From Gemmatimonadota bacterium (GTDB lineage: Bacteria; Gemmatimonadota; Gemmatimonadetes; Palauibacterales; Palauibacteraceae): DNA of 64,000 nucleotides. The notes beneath the pieces were generated by a model that saw nothing but the letters and a program-made list of their open reading frames with translations, had not been told where the DNA came from and did no database searches. Numbering within the stretch: position 1 is the stretch's first letter; the number at the start of each line of letters is the position of its first letter. Location: assembly GCA_021295785.1 (NCBI GenBank), contig JAGWBR010000013.1, forward strand, positions 331-64,330. The letters run 5' to 3'. A program made the translations under genes and the position numbers. This document shows, piece after piece, positions 18,563-27,339 of this stretch.

Positions 18563-19720
18563 ATGCGCCGCTGGATGGCCGTTCTCGTTGTCATGCCGCT
18601 CGTAGCGCCCACCGCTCGGGCCCAGCCGCCCCAGACGAGGCCTGCCACCGAAATCCGTCTGTCCGCCGAACCGATCCTGTCGGTCGGGAGACTCGAAGGG
18701 CCGGAAGAGCAGCTGTTCGGCGAAATCAACGCCGGCGCCCGGCTCGCCGACGGCAGCGTGGTCGTGTCCGACCAGCAGAACTTGCGGTTCCAGCGATTCA
18801 GCGCCGACGGGGAGCACCTGTGGAGCCGTGGTCGTGCGGGTGAGGGGCCGGGCGAGTTCCAATTCGTCAAGATCGCGGAGGGATGCGCGAACGAGGAGTC
18901 GATCGTCTTGTACGACATGTGGAGCACGCGGGTCCACATGTACGACAAGGAGGGGAATCTTCTGAACGACTACCGCTTCGTGTACAAGGAACTGCCGCTG
19001 CGCGACTTCGCCTGCGCCCCGAACGGGCGCGTGGCCTTCACCGGAAGCAGTTCGGGCTTCGGAGAGGATGAGGTCGAACCCGGGGAGCTTTTTCGCGTAC
19101 TTCTGTCGCTGGGCTCTGCTGAACCGGGAGACACGGAGGCGACGATGTTGCGCGAGGGGATTCCCGGACGCGAGCAGAGGGCTCTGGGCGGCGGCAATGC
19201 CATGCCCGGCAGAGTCTGGACGCATGATGTGGTGTTGGCAGCGACCAACGACGGAATCTGGCTCGGCACCAGCGACGACTACGAGGTGGAGCTGATCGAC
19301 TGGCTCGGCACCACGATCCGACGGATCCGCTGGGAGGGGCCGGATCTGGCCGTCACGAGTGAGGATGTCGAACGATACCGGGATGACCTGGAGGAGCTCT
19401 ACCGCGAGAACGGCGGTCCCGACTGGCGTGCGCGGTTCGAGGGCACCTGGGAATGGCAGAGCGAGGTCGTGCCCGACGAGTTTCCCGCGTACCACAGGCT
19501 TCTGGTCGGCGACGACGGCGTCCTTTGGGTGCACGACTACACCCGCCCGGGAGAACAGAGCGAGTGGTTGGCGTTCGACGAGGACGGCAGGTGGGTTCGC
19601 ACGCTCGCCCTGCCACCGCGTACCTCTTTGCTGGACATTGGGCCCGACTGGGCGCTGGTGAAAACGTGGGATGAAATGGATGTGCAGCGGGTGGAAGTGC
19701 GGGAGTTGGTGCAGCCATGA
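18563..19720 (+). CDS. Secreted hypothetical protein, probably a beta-propeller fold
   Basis: MRRWMAVLVVMPLVAPTARA is a signal peptide. Composition is diverse, with repeated strand-like blocks (DGSVVVSD, NGRVAFTG, DGIWLGT, DGVLWVHD, DGRWVRT). The fold assignment is inference. Confidence 0.7.
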   Translation: MRRWMAVLVVMPLVAPTARAQPPQTRPATEIRLSAEPILSVGRLEGPEEQLFGEINAGARLADGSVVVSDQQNLRFQRFSADGEHLWSRGRAGEGPGEFQFVKIAEGCANEESIVLYDMWSTRVHMYDKEGNLLNDYRFVYKELPLRDFACAPNGRVAFTGSSSGFGEDEVEPGELFRVLLSLGSAEPGDTEATMLREGIPGREQRALGGGNAMPGRVWTHDVVLAATNDGIWLGTSDDYEVELIDWLGTTIRRIRWEGPDLAVTSEDVERYRDDLEELYRENGGPDWRARFEGTWEWQSEVVPDEFPAYHRLLVGDDGVLWVHDYTRPGEQSEWLAFDEDGRWVRTLALPPRTSLLDIGPDWALVKTWDEMDVQRVEVRELVQP

Positions 19721-19964
19721 CGAAGACCGCGGCCATCGCGCTCGCCGCTCAGGTCGCGGGCACGCAGGACTCCCGGGGCGCCGCCGGGCCTGCACAAACG
19801 CCGGGATGCGGCAGTTTGCAAACGTTCGCTTCGCGCCGCAACCTTGGATCAACCCGGACCCGAATCGCAGCCGTTTCACCCGGGGGAAGTCGCCTCATGC
19901 CCCGCAAGACCGAGCCACTTAGCCTCGGTTTCAGAGGAGCGAGCTTGTGCCGGGCCGAGGCCGG

Positions 19965-21047
19965 TCAGGTCTGGCCGGCCGCCGCTTCTCGCTGCAGAGA
20001 CCTGCGGTCGGAAATCAGCACGGCCATCCACCGGGTGCTGTCGTTGGCGGCCAGCACCAGGCGGGCCATGACGGTTAGCGGAACTGACGCGATCATCCCG
20101 ACCGGCCCCAGCACCCAACCCCAGAACACCAGCGAAACCACCAGCACGAGCGGCGAAAGCCCAACGCCGTAACCCATGAAGCGCGGTTCCACGATGTTGC
20201 CCAGCACGGTATTGATGGCAAGGTACACGCCCGTCGTCACAACCCCCGTCAGCGCTCCCCCCTGCAGCCAGGCCAGCAGCACGGCCGGGACGGCGGCGAT
20301 CACCGAACCCACGGTGGGGATGTAGTTCAGAGCGAAGGCCAGTGCCCCCCACAACAGCGCGAAATCAACGCCCAGAATCAACAGGGCCAAGTATACGGCC
20401 CCTCCCGTGGCCAGGCTCACGGCAGTCTTGACAATTGAATACCGCCGCACCGCAACGCCGATTTCGTGCAGGTGCAGATGTGCCAACCCCGCCCACCGGC
20501 TGCCCACCGACACCTCGAGTCTGCGCCTGAGGTCCGGGGCCTCCCACAAAATGAACCCCAGCACAATGAGGATCAGAAAACCGTTGGCCAGCATTTCGCC
20601 GGCGTTTTCCGCCAGCTGCTGGCCGAACGTGATGAACCGCTGCAGAGACAGGTAGTCGGCCAGTGGGCGCTCGGGCCCCTCGGCACCGAACCTCTGCAGC
20701 CACGCCACCACGGCTTCGTCGAATTCGGCGACCCTCTGCTGGAACACCACGTTGTAGATCTCGGCCCGCGAGCCGAGCTCCACGGCCGCGGCCCCGACCA
20801 ATCCGGCAGCCAGCGACCCCAGAGCCAGTAGGAGCGCCATGAGCAGGGGCACGGCGACGGCCTTCGGAACCCTGCGCCGGACCATCCAGCGCATTGGGCC
20901 CATCAACAGCGTCGAGAGCAGGACCGCCAACAGGGTCGGCACCAACAGAGTGGCGGCAGCTCGCATCCCGGCCACGATTACGACGACCCCGGCCAGGCCG
21001 AGGACCACCCCGATCCAACCGGTCTTCGCGGATGTCCGAACTTCCAT
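19965..21047 (-). CDS. AI-2E family transporter (PerM/UPF0118)
   Basis: Polytopic membrane protein with the family motif FALNYIPTVGSVIAAVPAVLLAW. The start is set at the ATG at 21047 (MEVRTSAKTGWIGVVLG). The track's 99-codon extension overlaps the divergent promoter region. Confidence 0.85.
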   Translation of the reverse strand: MEVRTSAKTGWIGVVLGLAGVVVIVAGMRAAATLLVPTLLAVLLSTLLMGPMRWMVRRRVPKAVAVPLLMALLLALGSLAAGLVGAAAVELGSRAEIYNVVFQQRVAEFDEAVVAWLQRFGAEGPERPLADYLSLQRFITFGQQLAENAGEMLANGFLILIVLGFILWEAPDLRRRLEVSVGSRWAGLAHLHLHEIGVAVRRYSIVKTAVSLATGGAVYLALLILGVDFALLWGALAFALNYIPTVGSVIAAVPAVLLAWLQGGALTGVVTTGVYLAINTVLGNIVEPRFMGYGVGLSPLVLVVSLVFWGWVLGPVGMIASVPLTVMARLVLAANDSTRWMAVLISDRRSLQREAAAGQT

Positions 21048-21067
21048 GATTGGGTATCTTACGCAGC

Positions 21068-21094
21068 CTCGCCCGGTCCCGTAAGCCGGGCGAG
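21068..21094. promoter_or_regulatory. Perfect 9-bp GC-rich hairpin in a divergent intergenic region
   Basis: ctcgcccgg (21068-21076) pairs with ccgggcgag (21086-21094) around a 9-nt loop. It lies about 20 nt upstream of the AI-2E transporter start and about 45 nt upstream of the B12-domain gene. Confidence 0.3.
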
Positions 21095-21137
21095 ATAACT
21101 GGCTTTCAGACATGTTCGGAAAGGACCGCATCGACAC

Positions 21138-21584
21138 GTGGAAGACCGCAGAATCCGCGTGCTGGTCGGGAAACCCGGTCTCGACGGTCACGACCGCGGG
21201 GCCAAGGTCATAGCCGCGGCACTCAGGGATTCGGGGATGGAAGTCATCTATACCGGGTTGCACCAAACCCCGGAGATGATCGCCTCGGCCGCCCTCCAGG
21301 AAGACGTTGACGTGGTCGCCCTGTCGATATTGTCCGGGGCGCACATGACCCTGCTGCCTCGCATCCGGAAACTCTTGGACGAACAGGACATGGCGGATGT
21401 TCTGGTTACCGGGGGCGGCATCATCCCCGAGGAAGACCGGCGGGAGCTCCGGCGCCGGGGGATCGGCGAGTTGTTCGGACCCGGGACCCCCACTTCCGCG
21501 CCGGTTGAGTACATCCGGTCCTGGTTTGACGAGAACCGGGTCGAGTCCGGTGGTGGCGCCACCGGGGAGCCCGGATCCGCCTGA
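21138..21584 (+). CDS. Stand-alone cobalamin-binding domain protein (methylmalonyl-CoA-mutase small-subunit type)
   Basis: [22 protein letters not shown] contains the DxHxxG B12-binding motif. SILSGAH and [10 protein letters not shown] are also present. Confidence 0.88.
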   Translation: MEDRRIRVLVGKPGLDGHDRGAKVIAAALRDSGMEVIYTGLHQTPEMIASAALQEDVDVVALSILSGAHMTLLPRIRKLLDEQDMADVLVTGGGIIPEEDRRELRRRGIGELFGPGTPTSAPVEYIRSWFDENRVESGGGATGEPGSA

Positions 21585-21619
21585 ACCCTCGTTCGGGCAC
21601 GGAGACCCGCCTGGAGGCC

Positions 21620-23242
21620 ATGGTCCGGGAGCTCCGCGAGCTTGAGGCGCGGATCAAGGACGGCGGGGGAGAGGCGCGCCGCCAACGGCAGCATGCGCGG
21701 GGTAAGTTGACCGCCCGCGAGCGAATCGAGCTTCTGCTGGACCCCGGATCCCTGTTTCTTGAGTTGGGGCTGCTGTTGGCGTGCGACAAGTACGATGGGC
21801 AGGCACCCGCCGCGGGCGTGGTTACGGGGGTCGGCACCGTCTGTGGGCGCGAAGTGGTCATCGTCGCCAACGATCAAACGGTGAAGGCAGGAAGTTGGTG
21901 GCCCGAGACAGTCACCAAGATCTTGCGCGCCCAGGAAGTCGCGATGCGGTGCCGCACTCCGATCTTCTACCTGGTCGATTCGGCCGGAGTCAACCTCCCG
22001 TACCAGGACGGCGTGTTCCCGGGCCAGTACGGGGCCAGCCGCATCTTCTACTACAACTCGCTGATGCGCCGCTACCTGCGCGTGCCGCAGCTGGCTGCCG
22101 TAATGGGCCAGTGCATCGCGGGCGGTGCCTATTTGCCGGCGCTCTCCGATTCGATCGTCATGGTTGAGGGAACCAGCTTCATGGGTCTTGGAGGGGCTCA
22201 TCTGGTGCGGGGAGCCACCGGACGGCAGGTGGATTCCGAGCGTTTGGGCGGCGCGGCTTCGCACACCGAGATCAGCGGCGTGGCCCATTACCGCGCCAAG
22301 GACGAAAAATCCTGCCTGGCCCTGCTGAGGAGGCTGCTCGCCGACCTTCCCCCCGACGGCCCGGGAGCCGCGCCCCACGAACCCGGAAGCGAGGACGACG
22401 CCACGGGTGCCCGCGAACCAGCCCGGCCGCCCGAAGAGGCGTACCAGCTGATGCCCTCCGACCACCGCGCCCCGTTCGATATGGAGGCGGTCCTGGAGAC
22501 ATTCCTGGATGCCGGCGGCAGCCAGGAATTCCAGGCCGAGTTCGCGAAAGAGATGTTGTGCACGCAAGCGCGGCTGGGCGGCATTCCGTTGGGGGTCATC
22601 GCCAACCGCAGGGGCATGTACCCGGGGCCTCCCGGGCAGCCCCCCCGTTTGGGAGGCATCATCTACGCGGACACGGCGCGCAAGACCGCCTATTTCATCG
22701 AAATGTGCGAACGCCAGGGCATCCCGATTCTATTCGTACAGGACGTCAGCGGGTTCATGGTGGGGCCCGAGGCAGAGCACTCGGGTATCATTCGGGCGGG
22801 GGCCGAAATGGTCGAAGCCATGGCCTGCGCCCGGGTCCCGCGTCTGGTACTTACCGTGAACCATGCCAGCGGAGCGGGCTACTACGCCATGGCGGCGCAG
22901 GGGTTTGACCCGGACTTCATCTTCTCTTGGCCCACGGGCCGAATGGGCGTGATGGAGGGCGAAGCGGCGGTCCGGGCGACATTCGGGCGCAAGCTGAACG
23001 CAGCAGCCAAGTCCGGAGAACCGGTTGACGAACACACCGAACAGGCGATGGAACAGACCCGCGCGGACTACAGCGAGCAACTTGACGCCCGTTACGCCGG
23101 TGCCCGGGGGTTCGTGGACGCGGTAATCGCGCCCGAGGACACCAGAGACATGCTCGGCCTTGCCCTTGCGTGTTCGGTTCGCGGTTTGGGACACCGGCCG
23201 TTCTTCGCAAGGGGGGGGCGCGGAGCCGGGGGGGATCGCTGA
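21620..23242 (+). CDS. Acyl-CoA carboxylase carboxyltransferase (beta) subunit (methylcrotonyl-/geranyl-/propionyl-CoA carboxylase type)
   Basis: The N-terminus is typical (RQRQHARGKLTARERIELLLDPGS.FLELG). Two crotonase-like halves are visible (AGVVTGVG...VANDQTVKAGSW and IIYADTARKTAYFIEMC). Confidence 0.9.
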   Translation: MVRELRELEARIKDGGGEARRQRQHARGKLTARERIELLLDPGSLFLELGLLLACDKYDGQAPAAGVVTGVGTVCGREVVIVANDQTVKAGSWWPETVTKILRAQEVAMRCRTPIFYLVDSAGVNLPYQDGVFPGQYGASRIFYYNSLMRRYLRVPQLAAVMGQCIAGGAYLPALSDSIVMVEGTSFMGLGGAHLVRGATGRQVDSERLGGAASHTEISGVAHYRAKDEKSCLALLRRLLADLPPDGPGAAPHEPGSEDDATGAREPARPPEEAYQLMPSDHRAPFDMEAVLETFLDAGGSQEFQAEFAKEMLCTQARLGGIPLGVIANRRGMYPGPPGQPPRLGGIIYADTARKTAYFIEMCERQGIPILFVQDVSGFMVGPEAEHSGIIRAGAEMVEAMACARVPRLVLTVNHASGAGYYAMAAQGFDPDFIFSWPTGRMGVMEGEAAVRATFGRKLNAAAKSGEPVDEHTEQAMEQTRADYSEQLDARYAGARGFVDAVIAPEDTRDMLGLALACSVRGLGHRPFFARGGRGAGGDR

Positions 23243-23247
23243 GCACC

Positions 23248-24606
23248 GTGCGCGTTGCCGCCGGCCAGGGGTTCTGGGGCGACTGGCAGGAGGCGCCCAA
23301 GCTCCAGGTGCGTAGCGGTCAGGTGGACTACCTGATGCTCGACTACCTGGCCGAGATCACGATGTCGATCATGCAGAAACAGAGGGACAGGAACCCCGCT
23401 GCCGGCTACGCCCGCGACTTTGTGGCCCTGATGGCGGATCTGATGCCGGATCTGCTGGAACGCGGCGTCCGGGTGGTCTCAAACGCCGGAGGAGTAAACC
23501 CGCTCGGCTGCCGCGCGGCCCTCGCGCGGGCGCTGGCCCGGGGGCCCGATCTGCCGCGCCGTCCCCGGGTGGCCGTTGTTGCGGGCGACGACCTCATGCC
23601 CCGGCTGGACCAGCTCTTGGCCCACCACGAATTGCGGCACATGGAGACAGGGCAGCCGCTGTGTTCTGTCCGGGAGCGGGTGGCGGCAGCGAATGTCTAC
23701 CTGGGGGCGGGCCCGATCGTGAACGCCCTGCGGGACGGAGCGGACATCGTGATCACCGGGCGTTCGACCGACACGGCGCTGACCTACGCGCCCATGATCC
23801 ACGAGTTCGGATGGGCCGACGACGACTGGGACCTGCTGGCTGCCGGCGTGGCTGCAGGGCACATCAACGAGTGCGGAGCCCAGGCCAGCGGCGGCAACTC
23901 GCTGGCCGAATGGCGCTCGGCAGACCTGCGGCTCCCGGGCTACCCGATCATCGAGGCCGAGCCCGACGGTTCGTTCGTGGTCACCAAGCATCCGTCGCTG
24001 GGCGGGTGCGTGACGCGGGCATCCGTAACCGAGCAGCTGGTCTACGAAATGGGTGATCCGGCAGAGTACATCACGCCCGATGTGGTCGCGGACCTGACCG
24101 GCCTGGAACTGCACGAGGCGGGACAGGACCGGGTAAAGGTCACCGGGGCCAGGGGAAGGCCCGCGCCCGACAAGCTGAAGGTGTCGATCGCCTGGCGGGA
24201 CGGGTTCAAGGCCGTGGGCGGCCTGACCTATGCCTGGCCGGACGCCCTCGACAAGGCCCGCAAGGCGGACGAGATCCTGAGGTGGCGTCTCGACTACCTG
24301 GGGCTGGCGTTCGACGAAATCCGCACCGAGTACGTGGGAGCCGGGGCGTGCCACGGACCGGTTGCGGGCGCGCCCCCGGAAAACCTGCCGGAAGTCACGC
24401 TCCGGGTGGGAGTGCGCGGCCCGCGTCGCGGCGATGTGTCGCGATTCACCCGCGAGATAGCCCCGCTGATTCTGGCTGGGCCGCCGTCGGTTACCGGGTT
24501 CGCGGATGGCAGGCCCAGGGTGCGGGAGGTGGTGGCGTACTGGCCCGCGCTCATCGACCGCGGCGCGGTGGAGAGTGATGTGACGACGGAGACAGCGGTC
24601 CTGTGA
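23248..24606 (+). CDS. AtuA-family (DUF1446, acyclic terpene utilisation) protein
   Basis: VRVAAGQGFWGDW...VDYLMLDYLAEITMSI is the characteristic N-terminus. The GTG at 23248 lies 6 nt after the upstream stop. Confidence 0.85.
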   Translation: MRVAAGQGFWGDWQEAPKLQVRSGQVDYLMLDYLAEITMSIMQKQRDRNPAAGYARDFVALMADLMPDLLERGVRVVSNAGGVNPLGCRAALARALARGPDLPRRPRVAVVAGDDLMPRLDQLLAHHELRHMETGQPLCSVRERVAAANVYLGAGPIVNALRDGADIVITGRSTDTALTYAPMIHEFGWADDDWDLLAAGVAAGHINECGAQASGGNSLAEWRSADLRLPGYPIIEAEPDGSFVVTKHPSLGGCVTRASVTEQLVYEMGDPAEYITPDVVADLTGLELHEAGQDRVKVTGARGRPAPDKLKVSIAWRDGFKAVGGLTYAWPDALDKARKADEILRWRLDYLGLAFDEIRTEYVGAGACHGPVAGAPPENLPEVTLRVGVRGPRRGDVSRFTREIAPLILAGPPSVTGFADGRPRVREVVAYWPALIDRGAVESDVTTETAVL

Positions 24607-25016
24607 GCCCCGAAGCCGTGGGTGCCCCGATGGTGTCGGTTGAGCTGCGCGAAGTTGCATTCGCGAGGTCAGGCGACAAGGGCGACACCGCCAATGTGGG
24701 AGTCGTGGCGCTTGACCCGTCGCTGTATCAGGCCCTGGCCAGGGAGCTCACCGTCGCTCGGGTGAAAGCCCACTTCAGGGGTGTGTGCACGGGCAATGTG
24801 GAGCGTTTTGAGCTTCCCCGACTGAACGCAATCAACTTCCTCCTCCACAACTCTTTGGGGGGAGGGGGGACGGGTTCGCTGATGCTGGACGCCCAGGGCA
24901 AGACTCTCTCGACCGCGATGCTGCGAATGCGAATCAACATTCCCCGGACGGTCCTGGAGTCGTGGCGCGCCCGGTCGGGAACCTTGGCCGGCACTGCGGC
25001 CGGAGCTCAACAATGA
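24603..25016 (+). CDS. Small AtuA-partner protein (DUF4387-like)
   Basis: The start overlaps the AtuA stop. The sequence FARSGDKGDTANVGVV...NFLLHNSLGGGGTGSL fits the small protein that normally follows AtuA homologues. The start could instead be the ATG at 24630. Confidence 0.7.
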   Translation: MSPEAVGAPMVSVELREVAFARSGDKGDTANVGVVALDPSLYQALARELTVARVKAHFRGVCTGNVERFELPRLNAINFLLHNSLGGGGTGSLMLDAQGKTLSTAMLRMRINIPRTVLESWRARSGTLAGTAAGAQQ

Positions 25017-25849
25017 AACATGCCGCACCAGCGGAAGACACTTCCCGGGGAACCGGGCAACAGGAAAGCGCTTCGGCGGTCGTCGCGATTCAGGACGAGG
25101 GCCCGGTCAGGTGGATTACCCTCAACCGCCCGGGCCGCCGCAACGCGCTGAACCAGGTGATGATCAGGGCCCTGCGGGACGCCATCGGGCAGGCAGCGGC
25201 GGATCGCGGGGTACGGGTGATCGGGCTGCGCGGGGCGGGGAAGGACTTCTGCGCCGGGGCGGACTTGTTGGAACTGCGGCTGGGCGCGGACCCCGTGGAG
25301 AGCCTTGAGGAAGCCCAGGCGCTCGGAGACCTGTTCTGCGAGATCCGTGTGGCGCCAAAGCCGGTGGTGGCCGCGGTGCGCGGACGGGCGCTGGCTGGTG
25401 GATGTGGGCTGGCCACGGCGTGCGATATCGTCCTGGCTTCCGGGGAGTCTCTTTTTGGATATCCCGAAGTGAAGCTGGGGTTTGTTCCGGCAATGGTCAT
25501 GGCGATGCTCCGGCGGGCAACGGGAGAGAAACGGGCCTTTGACCTCGTGACCTCGGGAGAACCGGTCACCGCGCTCCGCGCCGCCGAACTGGGCCTCGTG
25601 ACGCGTGTCTTGCCGAGCGATGGTTTCGCTCGGGGTGCTTCGGAGTTTGCCGCGGCTCTGGCGGCGCGGAGCGCTTCCGCCCTCGCGCTGACCAAACGGC
25701 TCTTCCACGCGACCGACACCACGGGGTTCGAAGACGCGATACGGGCGGGTGCCCACGTCAACGCGCTGGCCCGCGCCACCGAAGACTGCCAGGAGGGGAT
25801 CCGCAAGTTCCTGACCCGGAAGGCGTCCACGGACACGGAGTCAGGTTGA
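25013..25849 (+). CDS. Enoyl-CoA hydratase/isomerase (crotonase) family protein
   Basis: VRWITLNRPGRRNALN...FCAGADL...AVRGRALAGGCGLA matches the family. The start forms an ATGA overlap with the upstream stop. Confidence 0.88.
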   Translation: MKHAAPAEDTSRGTGQQESASAVVAIQDEGPVRWITLNRPGRRNALNQVMIRALRDAIGQAAADRGVRVIGLRGAGKDFCAGADLLELRLGADPVESLEEAQALGDLFCEIRVAPKPVVAAVRGRALAGGCGLATACDIVLASGESLFGYPEVKLGFVPAMVMAMLRRATGEKRAFDLVTSGEPVTALRAAELGLVTRVLPSDGFARGASEFAAALAARSASALALTKRLFHATDTTGFEDAIRAGAHVNALARATEDCQEGIRKFLTRKASTDTESG

Positions 25850-26058
25850 CCGAAGAAGGCCAGGGCTCGCCCCCCGCCCCGTCCCGGAATTGGTGGCTTC
25901 GGCTGCAAATGGGGCTCGCCCTGGCCGGGGGCGTTGTCTGGGCGGGCGGTGGGGCTCTGAGCAGCGAGTTCGGCTCCGGTGTGGGCGTGGGAATCTTGGT
26001 GGCGGCGCTCGTAGTCAGCGTTGGTCGCAGGAGAGCGGAGGGCCCCCGGGGCGGTTGA
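25846..26058 (+). CDS. Possible small membrane protein (70 aa)
   Basis: The TTG start overlaps the upstream stop. Two Gly/Ala/Val-rich hydrophobic segments are present. Support is only ORF plus position. Confidence 0.3.
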   Translation: MTEEGQGSPPAPSRNWWLRLQMGLALAGGVVWAGGGALSSEFGSGVGVGILVAALVVSVGRRRAEGPRGG

Positions 26059-26121
26059 CGGCCGGTTTATTGACAGCCAGTTGATGGCGGGCGCCATAGT
26101 GCGGGCAGGAGGGTCCGCGCC

Positions 26122-27339
26122 ATGGATGCCACCCAAGCACTCCGGCATTATTTCGGCTACGAATCGTTCCGGGGCGAACAAGAACGTGTGATCCGGGCGT
26201 CCCTCCGGGGCAGGGATGTCGTAGCGGTACTGCCCACCGGGGCGGGCAAATCGGTTTGCTTCCAGATTCCGGCTGTAGTCCGCCGCGGGTTAACGGTGGT
26301 GGTTTCTCCCCTGGTATCGCTGATCGAAGACCAGGTCAGCGGGGCACGCAGGCGGGGGATCGCGGCGTTTGGCTGGACGCAGACCACCCCCCGCACCCGG
26401 GTAACCGCTGCCCTGAACGCGGCCGGCAGGAGAGAGTTGGACCTGCTCTACCTTTCTCCCGAGCGGCTGAGCCTTGACGGCGTTTGCGAAAGGCTGGCCG
26501 AACTGGGTCTATCGGCGCTGGCGGTTGACGAAGCCCACTGCATCTCGCAGTGGGGGTTCTCGTTTCGGCCTTCCTACCTGGGGCTGCGCACTGCCCGCGA
26601 GCGGCTTGGATGGCCTCCGACCGCCGCTTTGACCGCCACGGCGACCTGGCGCGTCCGCAGGGACATCGAAAGGGCGCTCCGCCTGAGGAACACCGTGCGA
26701 ATTCTGGCCTCGGGCAACCGCCCGAACCTGCGGTGGGAGGTGCGGCGGGTTCAGAGCCCCGGCGAAGCCTGGGGTCTGATCGAGCGAGCGGTCACGAGCA
26801 GCCGCGAACCAGCCATCGTGTACGCGAGGACCAGGAAACGCAGCGCCCGCCTGGCCCTGGAACTGACCCGGCGCGGTGTGAGCGCCGGGGTCTACCACGC
26901 CCGCCTCCCTCACGACCGACGTCAGGTGACCCAGGAGCGATTCCTGAGCGGGGCGCTCCGGGTCGTGTGTGCCACCACGGCGTTCGGGATGGGCATTGAC
27001 CACCCCGGCGTCCGATTGGTAGCTCACCTGGGGGCACCGGAGTCTCTGGAGGAATACGTGCAGGAGGCCGGCCGGGCCGGCAGGGACGGCGCCCCGGCGG
27101 GCTGTCTTCTCGCCGACATCTCGTCCCGCCGTCGCAGGCCCTGGCGGCCCGGCCGGCAGGACCCCGGCGGCAAGTCCCCGGACGCGGCCGAGCTGGAGCG
27201 TCGGGCCGGGATGAGGAGTTACGTCGAGACCCGGGGTTGTCGGCGCGAAGCGATTGCACGTTACTTCGGGGAGCGGACCCCCCGTTGTACCGGATGCGAC
27301 AACTGTTTTCCTGGCGAACCGGGCCCGCGCCGGGCCTAG
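26122..27339 (+). CDS. recQ: RecQ-family DNA helicase, short form (helicase core plus Zn-binding module only)
   Basis: AGGAGG lies 9 nt upstream of the ATG. Motifs: FGYESFRGEQ, Walker A PTGAGKS, DEAHCISQWG, and the C-terminal Cys cluster CRREAIARYFGERTPRCTGCDNC. Confidence 0.88.
   Translation: MDATQALRHYFGYESFRGEQERVIRASLRGRDVVAVLPTGAGKSVCFQIPAVVRRGLTVVVSPLVSLIEDQVSGARRRGIAAFGWTQTTPRTRVTAALNAAGRRELDLLYLSPERLSLDGVCERLAELGLSALAVDEAHCISQWGFSFRPSYLGLRTARERLGWPPTAALTATATWRVRRDIERALRLRNTVRILASGNRPNLRWEVRRVQSPGEAWGLIERAVTSSREPAIVYARTRKRSARLALELTRRGVSAGVYHARLPHDRRQVTQERFLSGALRVVCATTAFGMGIDHPGVRLVAHLGAPESLEEYVQEAGRAGRDGAPAGCLLADISSRRRRPWRPGRQDPGGKSPDAAELERRAGMRSYVETRGCRREAIARYFGERTPRCTGCDNCFPGEPGPRRA

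Noticed and set aside
18533-19879. 448-aa minus-strand ORF opposite the secreted beta-propeller-like gene.
   Set aside because: It has Arg/Pro/Gly-dominated composition and no signal or motif. The plus-strand product has a signal peptide, an RBS and balanced composition.
21048-21137. Possible cobalamin riboswitch upstream of the B12-binding-domain gene.
   Set aside because: The intergenic region is only about 90 nt and shared with a divergent gene. It holds a single hairpin and no B12-box-like sequence that I can recognise.
26070-26100. Perfect TTGACA upstream of recQ with CATAGT 19 nt downstream.
   Set aside because: The 19-nt spacer is outside the usual 16-18 nt range and the -10 match is modest. 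This is too weak to list as a feature.
27336-27339. Convergent recQ and TonB-receptor genes share the palindrome CTAG as their stop codons on both strands.
   Set aside because: This is a curiosity of tight packing. I can argue no functional implication beyond the absence of an inter-gene terminator.
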